NCBI GenBank assembly: GCA_051294375.1
Contig: JBJCIZ010001520.1
Coordinates: 1 to 15,781, forward strand
Source of the DNA: Paraspadella gotoi
Lineage: Eukaryota > Animalia > Chaetognatha
Direction of reading: 5' to 3'
DNA: 15,781 nt
Part shown: piece by piece, positions 7,679 through 15,781 of the stretch
How the letters are laid out: every line of letters begins with the position of its first letter
How positions within the stretch are numbered: position 1 is the first letter of the stretch
Made by a program: the position numbers and the translations under genes
Notes under the pieces: model-generated
Databases searched by the model: none
Seen by the model: only the letters and a program-made list of their open reading frames with translations
Told to the model about the DNA's origin: nothing

Positions 7679-9132
7679 CTGCATTTAATACTAAATCTTC
7701 GTAATGGAATTATTTTTTGGTTATGCTTTTTGTTGGCGAGTTGATACGATTTGTTAACGGTTTTTAAATCCCTTTGGTCCTTCTATGCTTTTTTTTTTTT
7801 CACCTTCGCAGCGGCCGCGAAAGCGAGACTTTTCGTGCGACGCGAGCGACGCCGAAGTCGGCGCATTTTAATTTCTCACGACGCGATTTCGTTGGGGCGT
7901 GGATTTTTTGTAGCTTTAGTGGAAATTTATAATCCCGATTTTCCATTTGATTATGGACATATAAGTATGTATAGCGTAAAGCGGTGCTCTTTTTGTCCAA
8001 ATTTCGGGTGCAGCTGTTTTGTAGTTTTTTTTTAATTCTATTTGTTAACTTGTTTTTTTTTTTCTTCGTCGGGGGAGCGGTTGCGACTCCTCCGTCGACC
8101 CTTGGGAAAAAAAGAAAAACAAAAGACGTCGAAGTTAATGAAAAGATAAAACAAAGATTATTCGGATCAAGGAAACAAATTAACGAAAACAAAAACAAGA
8201 AAACGTCCCGCCGCGATGATTATTAACGAGACTCGAAGTCGAATGATTAAGTTTTATTATGACGGAGAAAGAAACTGAGGGTCCGAAGTAATATTGAAGG
8301 AGAAAAAATTGACCTTTAAATTTTGATCTAACATGAATTTAAAATTCCGATTTCGTTTTGCATGTCTCTTTTGACTGTTGTCGATTCTTGACACCTTGGT
8401 ATGTTATTGTATTTTTTCTCTGAGAAGTTTCACTTATTGGAGAACGTCGAAGGGAGAGGTTCGAGTCAAAAAAGGTTGTTTCATAACTTTTGTTGAATAT
8501 TTGTTTTACAAGTATTTTTGAAAATGTGAGCGCGCGAAACATGGATTTGTAACCAGTACGACTTGGACGAGTTTTTTGGCGACTTATTAAATTCGGCGGG
8601 TTTTGAAATTATATTAAATATAAAAATCGGAATAAAGATTAAAAAAGAAAATTAAGTAGGAAAGAGCTCGTAAGGGCAAACCCAGGGCTCGGTACATCTG
8701 TATCTAGATCGTAACGCTCTTCAGACATAAAGTATATATATGCTATTGAATATGAAACCACAAAACAACGCTTTAGAAGTAAGAAGATCAACTGGTGGGT
8801 TAAAACTAAATTTGTAACAGATTAAAAATAGAGTCGTACACCACGCGCCCGCCACCATACTTAGTCACCTGCTCACCAGTTACTACCCGTAGTTATCTTC
8901 ATAACCCATTACCGACCACTCCACCCAGCCGCTATCAAGACTACGGCTACCCCTACACCCTCCGCCTCCGTGTCTACACGTGAATTTCAAAAAACAAAAT
9001 TCGAATCGAGGCAATATTTTTTCCGTTTCAACAAAAAAAAAAAAAAAAAAACCGGAAAAAGAAAAACGAAATGAAGAGACAAAAAACGCAGACAAAGTTT
9101 CTCTCAGGTTTTCTTCCCCTTAAACGTCTCAC

Positions 9133-9263
9133 CTCTCTCTCTCTCTCTCTCCTCTGCGTCTGGCCGTCTCTCTCTCTCTCTCTCTCTCTCCTCTCTCTCT
9201 CGTCGTCTCGGGGCCTCTCTTCTCCTCTATCTCTCTTCTCGTCTCTTTCTCTCTCTCTCTCTC
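9133..9263. repeat. Interrupted (TC)n tract
   Basis: Several TC runs with short interruptions. Confidence 0.95.
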
Positions 9264-9454
9264 AAATGGGCGTGGGCGTCGAAGATTCATGAACATTAAC
9301 TACGATCACAATTTTTTTTGTTTAAAATCACCTGAAGTAATGAGGTCATTCTAATTGAATGACCGAATCACTCGTTTAGAGGTGGATATGATACCGGTGA
9401 TCGTCTCGTGGTTGATTCACCACAGCACCATAAACTGGGGACCGCCTACGCCGT

Positions 9455-9483
9455 TAGAGAGAGAGAGAGAGAAAGAGAAGAGA

Positions 9484-9531
<48 letters not shown>

Positions 9532-9546
9532 TAGAGAGAGAGAGAG
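9455..9546. repeat. Interrupted (GA)n tract
   Basis: Near-pure purine dinucleotide tract. Confidence 0.95.
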
Positions 9547-10029
9547 TCTTCTAATTCAAACGATCTTGCTCATTTGTTATGATTTAAGCAATGATTTTTC
9601 AGCCTCTTTCGGCTCAAGGCTTTTTAATCGCTGCTATCTTTCTGGCATCTCACACCCAAAATTAAATCAAAGAAACTCCAGAGAAAAACGTAAAAAATTA
9701 AAACGGAAAGAAAGCTTTAGACCTTAATATCTTAAGGTTGACGATATTTTAAGGACGTTCGAGAAAATATATAATTCCGGAAAAAAAATCATAATTCATT
9801 AGGAAAAAATACGAAGGAAATAGTGAAAAAAGGTAGTTAAAAACTCGATAAGAAAAAAATAATCAAGCATTTTCCCGAGCACCTCTTGTTATGTTTAATG
9901 CAGTGGAAAAAAAAATCGTGTCATATTGCTCATTTTAAATTTTAAAAAAGAAAATTAAATTAGTCAATCGACGAAGCGCCGTGATTCGAAGGCACATTTC
10001 AAGAAGGAAAAAGGTTTTTTATTTTTTGT

Positions 10030-10134
10030 GAAAGAGAAAGGCGAGAAGAGCACGAGAGACGAGAGCCAGAGAGGAGAGAGAGAGAGAAGAGAGAGAGACA
10101 GAGGGAGGAAGAGAGAGAGAGAGAGAGAGAGAGA
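10030..10134. repeat. Interrupted (GA)n tract
   Basis: Purine-rich dinucleotide tract; explains the ERER/SLSL ORFs. Confidence 0.95.
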
Positions 10135-10896
10135 AACAGACCACAAAGGACCTATTAGAGAAAAAGGAAACTTTGAAAACGTGATGAGTAAATTCACAGT
10201 CACTTTTGTTTCTCTCCTTTTCAATTTTGACTTTTTTTCCGGATGACCTTTTTTTCAAATCTTAAATTAAATAAATTTGCGGAACAAACTGGAAACGACG
10301 ACGAATTTCTGAGAGAACTGTTTGCTTAAGCAGTTGGTTAAACTGTTGAAAAACTGTTAATTCAATTTTAGCTTTCACTAGTTAAAAAAATCTGGTAATT
10401 TTGCTGTTGCTCACAACACCTTTGTTTCAATAGCTTTAATAGTTCTTAAATATATTTTGTAAAATTGCAGAGATGTTCTCCTCTTTGTTTAGGAACGTTC
10501 TAGAATATGACATTTTCAACAAAGTTTGGGAGTTTGAAACCTTAAAAGCTAAATGCCAAACATGAACTAAAAAAAATTTATGAAAATAGAAGAAAAATAA
10601 TGAATCGAAACTTGGGCTAGCGATTAAGTACATTTTTTTCGTAAAATCGGTTAAGCTTTTTTACGACTGAAATTTATCATTACCTTTTTTATCGGTTGCA
10701 ACTGATTCAGAATTAAAATAATATGTATTCGGTCTATAAATTAGTATTTTTGATAAATTTAGTTGAGGAGATCCGAGATTTAAACGATGCCATTAGAGTT
10801 TAATAATAATCTATGTAATTAGCTTATCTAACTGAAAACTAGGTGTCTTTTAATTATTACTAATCCGTCTTGGTTGTTTTTGGTGGTTTCAATGTT

Positions 10897-11066
10897 TTAT
10901 AATTCTTCTTTCGGCCAGTTCGATTTTAAATCACTTTCACTGGCGGTTACGAAAAAAGTTGTGGAGTCAGTTTTCGTCGTCGGAACGGTCTCGGAGTCGA
11001 GTTCCTGTAGACTCGTGCGCTCCTGAGCGATCGACGACGATCGATCGTACAGTCCGAACGATCGAC
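10897..11066 (-). CDS. Candidate terminal coding exon, Ser/Thr/acidic tail, product unknown
   Basis: GC-richer island in AT-rich DNA, acceptor ATCAG| at 11067, open frame RSFGLYDRSSSIAQERTSLQELDSETVPTTKTDSTTFFVTASESDLKSNWPKEEL*, and ATTAAA about 45 nt downstream. No recognised domain. Confidence 0.35.
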
Positions 11067-11682
11067 CTGATCGACAATTCAAATTCTCGGACAATTACGA
11101 TTGTTATGAGTTGATGCCACAACCACTGAATTAGAATAGGGTCTACCCGTTATAAGATATTTCGACTTTTGGGGGTCCGTAAAAAAAAAATCATTTTAAA
11201 CACAAAAAAACTAAAAAGCTGAGAAACAAAAAAACGGTTTTTCATTTGTTACAGATAGAATGATTTGTAATTAAAGGGATTCTCTGTGACAAAATACAAT
11301 TTATCTCATATGTAGTAGATTGCATTCGCCGCTTTCTTTCCACTCCACAGCGGGTCTCTTAAATCTGCGTTCGCAAATTATTAAATCCTTTCCTACAACC
11401 CCGACGAGTCTCGTTGAGAACTTCCCACTTTCTGCCCACACGATCAAGTGTGGTCAATTAGATCGATTAAGGTTTGGCTCATAACCAACCGATTCGTAAT
11501 AATTAGTTTGTTAAGTCAATAATGTTTCACAGAGACCGGGGGGAAGGGACGCGGCGGGAAAAAGAAGTGAACTCGTTCACAAAAAATCCGGTGAAATTGA
11601 TACATTGGATTCATTAATTTAAAATTAAACTCAATTTTTTTAGGAAGTTGATTTCAACTCAAGAATATAAATTGTTTTTCTT

Positions 11683-11728
11683 GTCGGTCGTCCCGTCGTC
11701 CGTCGTCGTCGTCGTCGTCGTTGTCGTC
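11683..11728. repeat. (GTC)n trinucleotide repeat
   Basis: Imperfect run with a perfect core at ~11702-11719. Confidence 0.92.
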
Positions 11729-12319
11729 TTTGTCAATCAAGAAATCTGAACTCCGAGCGGAATTTGATGACAAAAACGAAACATTAGATCTGACAGTGAT
11801 CAATCGTGAATTGACTGTGGAATGAACGTGAATACTAACGCAAGAATTTCACTGGGATGAATACTCGATTTAATTTTTTGTAGGTTTACAAGTTATGATC
11901 TGTTCATTAGGATACTCTTCCCAAAAATTTCATATTTTTTTGTTTTGTTTGATTTCGTTTTTTTTTTGTTTTTTTAATTTTGTTTTGTTTTGGAAAACGA
12001 AAGATCCGGCGGAAAATTACGTCATATTCTCATCGGGATTAATGTTATTAAATCTATAATAAAGGAACACCGGAGAGAGGGAGAGAGGAGAGGCAGAGAG
12101 GGACGGAGAGACCACTAGAACGAGTTTAAGTAACTCGCAACAAAAAAGCCAATTTATCGTATTACATAATCCCAAGATTCTTTTACAATAAACAATTCAC
12201 GAAAATTGACTACGTGTGCTTTACACAAATATTAATATTCTTTTCAGAGGAGAGAAAAAAGTTGTCTCGGGGATCCGGTTTCAAAATTAAAACGTTTTAT
12301 TGTCGACCGGTTTTTGAAG

Positions 12320-12388
12320 CAGAGAAAGGAGAAGAAGGGAGAGAGAGAGAGGTAGAGAAGAGCAGAGGAGGCGCAGATGAGAGAGAGG

Positions 12389-12441
<53 letters not shown>

Positions 12442-12448
12442 GAGAGAG
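12320..12448. repeat. GA-rich tract with perfect (GA)n core
   Basis: Perfect run ~12391-12435 with purine-rich flanks. Confidence 0.95.
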
Positions 12449-12557
12449 TTAGGTGACTTAGTTTCTGTGTCGCGACGACGCACAATTCGTATTAAAGGAG
12501 GAATTATGTGTTCACCAGGATCTTCACTGTAGTAAGTGTTAGGTATGGCGATTCGAA

Positions 12558-12600
12558 GGCGACGACGACGACCGGACGACGACGCGACGACGACGACGGC
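12558..12600. repeat. (GAC)n trinucleotide repeat, imperfect
   Basis: GACGACGACGACCGGACGACGACGCGACGACGACGAC. Confidence 0.9.
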
Positions 12601-12669
12601 GGTGTGATCGAAATCTCAGGGTCATTCGCGTCCTTTTCCGGTCGCTTGTGAATTTGTTTGATATTTATG

Positions 12670-13300
12670 TTCATTCATTCATTATACATATATAACATCT
12701 TTGCAATTAAATTCGTCGTTCATCTATTTTTTTCCGCATTCACTCATCTCATTCGTGTCCTTCATTCCATTTCATGTCATGTCATTCAGTTTATTCATCT
12801 CATTCGTTCATAGTCTTTTATCCCTTCATTCATTCATAGTCTTAATTCATCATTTCGTTCATTGGTCTTTATTTCATCTTATCATTTTTTTTTATTTCTC
12901 TTCTTCATACATTCCATCGCGTTCATGTTCATTGTTGTCATCATTACTATTTTATCATTATTGTTATTTTATTCTTTATCATCATCGTTTCCTTCTTCCA
13001 TTCTCATATCACTCTTTTCATTATTTCATCATTTGCGTATTTTCTTCTTTTTATTCCTTCATATCATTTTCATCATTCCTTTTCAAATTCATCATTGATC
13101 CATTCATCAAATTTCGTCACTCAATTCCTTTAATTTCAATTCTTTATCTATCATTTTTTTTTTTTTTTCCCTCATCATCAATAACCATTCCATTCATTCA
13201 TATCATCTCCGCCCTTCGCGACTTCATTCATTCAAAAATGTCATTTTCATTCATTCGACCGTCTCATTCAATCCAATAAGCTCATTCACTCATTCATGAC
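12670..13300. repeat. Degenerate (TCAT/TTCAT/TCA)n low-complexity satellite
   Basis: About 630 nt almost free of G on the plus strand and built from TCAT-like units; explains ORFs 12701..13279 and 12862..13098. Confidence 0.9.
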
Positions 13301-13899
13301 TTTTCATGTTTTCAGCTTCCCCTCCGCTCCCTTTAAAACGGAACTCCGCCCTTCGCACGTCGACGTCTCTTAAAATGTATCGTACGATGCTTACTCAAAA
13401 AGGAGCTCTAGCAATACAGCTTTGTTTATAGTAATATACCATATGTAATCTTAAAAAACGGTGAAGCACAAAAACATAAATGTCCGTCGGCTTTAGCCTT
13501 AAAAGTCCGAAATTGAAAAATAAAAGAAGAAAAAAATTGATTTAATATAATTATCAAAAGCTTAAAAACAATTGTGGGCCGTTAAACTAGTGAATAAAGA
13601 GAAATACATTGGTTAGCCTATAGTGAAACAAAGCGATTTTATTAGCTTAAAATGTGTAATTATCAATTTATGTGATAATAATGGTTCAACTGGCTAGTGA
13701 AATAAAGGTGTAATTTACTATTTTTGTATAAAAAAGTATTATTTTAAATGATAATTAAATGGAAGTTAGGGCTTAATTATCATTATATGTATAAATTATC
13801 CGTAAATAGATTAATAAAAAAAATAATTAACAATATAATTAGGCGATAGAATAAAGTTTATTCTTGTAAAGAATAAACCTTTAATAAAGTGAAGGAAAA

Positions 13900-14420
13900 A
13901 CAAACTTTTAGAAAAAAAAGAAAAGCTCGAAAGAACTAAAAAAGTTTATAAAGCTAAGGTTTTTTAAATTTAAGTAGGACGGCTAAATTTTAAAAAAATC
14001 AGTTTGAGGCGAAAAAAAAAATACACAGAAGAAAAAACCGATGGATTTTAGCATGTAAAGAAAAAAAAAAAAATAGATACTCAATCAAACAAATAGAAGA
14101 AAAAAAGGAAAGAGGAGAGAAAAGAGCAGGAGATGGAGAAGAAGAGACCTTCCAGAACTCAGAAAGGAGAAGAGAAGAGTCATCGCGAGAGACCGAGAAG
14201 GAGCAGCATCGTAACAGGGTAAACATAACACGCAAAAAGCAAGTACTACCGGGAAATCCAGACCTCTGAAAGAGATGAAAAAAGAAAACAAGCAATAAAA
14301 CCACAGAAAAGAGAATAGAAATAGGACAAAAGAGAAAAAGATGAAAAGTAAAGAAAAACATAAAGATTATGAAAAGAATTCGATAAAAAAGACGAAAAGT
14401 AGATGAAAGTAGAAAGATAT
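13900..14420. repeat. A/G-rich low-complexity region
   Basis: Strong purine skew with A runs; explains Phe/Leu/Ser-rich antisense ORFs. Confidence 0.7.
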
Positions 14421-15781
14421 CAAGTTTGTAGATCTATCATGCTTAAAACCAAAACGATCCGAAACTGATGAAATCAAAGTGATAATTAAGTTCATGTTTT
14501 AAGACTAGCTGTATAAAAATACAAATGTCGGGGGAAAAATCATAAATCTGTGGGTGCAGAGATTAAGAAAAAGGTTTGGTTTTACGGTATCTTAAGAGAG
14601 GAAATGAGTGTGCCGCTATTCGTGGGGTTTGGCTGGGTGGATTGTGTGCGTGACGCCTGTGTCGCGAGAGTACGTGTTGTGTTTGTTGGTGGTTGGCCGT
14701 CTGGCGGGCCCCCCCCCGATGGCAGAATTCTACGGCAGATGTGTGAAGCGCGAAGGCAGATGTGCCAGCGAGACGGGTTGGTTAGTTTGATAGCGCGAAA
14801 GAGACAGTATCTGCAGGGGGCGGGAGCTTTTGGATTCATGAAGGGGGTATAACCGAGAGAAAATTAGCGGATTGGATTTAGAGGTGTTGTACTTGACAGA
14901 AGAAAAATAATTTGGATAGTAATAATGATTTGGTAGTAATACAGAGTATTAGTATAAAAGAGAAAGGTTTCTGTCTAAATTGATAATTGTGTAATTAGAA
15001 AAAAAGGAGATAACGGTTCTCATTGACTCTATTAAGAAAAGGTATTTTAAGAGAGAACGAAGAGATTATCTCAAATGTACCGATTTAATTTAGAGATAAA
15101 AACAATGATTATGATCACTATCTTAGATCAATAAAGTGCAAGTTGCTCAAAAAAGTTAACCAAAGCAGACGAAAAATAACCAATATTCAACGATTTCTGT
15201 CAAAATCGGAAAAATCTTTTGATGAAATAAGTTTGAAACCGACGGGCCAACGCGAAGAGACAAACGGCGGTCAAACAATAGGAATGAACGGCAAAAAAAA
15301 GCGAAGTTCACTAAAAATCACTACTTTTTTTATTGAGTTTGATGAATTAAAAACCCGAGCATCGACGTCGTCGTCGTCGGTCGGTCCGTGTTTAACTGCG
15401 ACAAATCTAAAGACAGCGAGTTTTCAAACAGGCAACGACCTGAGATTTTTGGGTCTTTGTTGGAAATCTGGAGAAGTTTCGTCGGCGTTTTTTTGAAATG
15501 ACGAGGACGCGAATTAAGATCGATTGGACTGACCATTGTCATTTAGCTATGAGAAAATAAATGATTTTTATATAAAATTTTTTATTTAGAATGCGAGTTT
15601 AAATAATGAACGACGATAAAAGAAAAAAAATTGCTTTCGATGTTCGATTTGAAAAGAAAAAGAAAACGAAAGTAGAAAAAAGAGCAGAAATAGATTGTTA
15701 AAGATAATGATAACTTTTATAAAATAATTTGAGTAACAATACGAATCTGCCTAGGATAGATTAAGGCGGGTAAATTAATTT

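Noticed and set aside
8660-8726. Minus-strand CTGAAGA with nearby small stems as a hammerhead
   Set aside because: No stem II closed by GAAA and no stem III.
8829-8980. C-rich island as an exon or element end
   Set aside because: The minus-strand frames I read hit stops, and resemblance to HINE termini is too partial.
11351-11471. Plus-strand exon candidate after CTTTCTTTCCACTCCACAG
   Set aside because: Good acceptor and an open frame, but the peptide is unrecognised and there is no supported partner exon.
9071-12485. SLSL/ERER ORFs at 9071, 9964-10258 and 12214-12485
   Set aside because: Translations of GA/TC microsatellites.
12701-13279. 192-aa Phe/Ile/Ser/His-rich ORF
   Set aside because: Artefact of the G-poor TCAT satellite, which rarely produces stop codons.
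14075-14268. Glu/Arg/Lys-rich plus-strand frame and its hydrophobic antisense ORFs
   Set aside because: Explained by purine-rich low complexity; no convincing acceptor.
14465-14490. CTGATGA as a hammerhead core
   Set aside because: No GAAA or stem III downstream.
14550-14852. GC-rich island with overlapping ORFs on both strands
   Set aside because: No recognisable domain, splice context or RNA fold; could be a repeat fragment or noisy sequence.
1-15781. CRISPR array, tRNA, rRNA, operon or other prokaryotic system
   Set aside because: No regularly spaced repeats, cloverleaf or rRNA-like sequence seen; introns, microsatellites and a PLE indicate eukaryotic nuclear DNA.

Overview
Eukaryotic (probably invertebrate animal) genomic DNA: AT-rich, with short GT-AG introns and many (GA/TC)n and (GAC/GTC)n microsatellites. 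Three things are well supported. (1) A 5'-truncated, frameshifted Penelope-like retroelement (RT plus GIY-YIG endonuclease, Penelope/Poseidon type) lies on the minus strand at ~1-1680. (2) About 420 nt beyond its truncation point, on the opposite strand, is a minimal Penelope-type hammerhead ribozyme motif (2104-2140) followed by AATAAA, consistent with an inverted pseudo-LTR or the tail of a second element. (3) A multi-exon DUF229-family (alkaline phosphatase/sulfatase superfamily) type II membrane protein gene lies on the minus strand at ~3400-6606 and is mostly missed by the ORF track. Its first two exons are intact, but later exons carry dense single-base indels, which suggests uncorrected long-read error or pseudogenisation. 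Its second intron holds a structured ~290-nt insert. The right 9 kb is mostly low-complexity or repeat DNA with a few unassigned exon-like islands. I see no convincing evidence of a wholly new biological system. All family assignments come from motif recognition by eye, not database searches.
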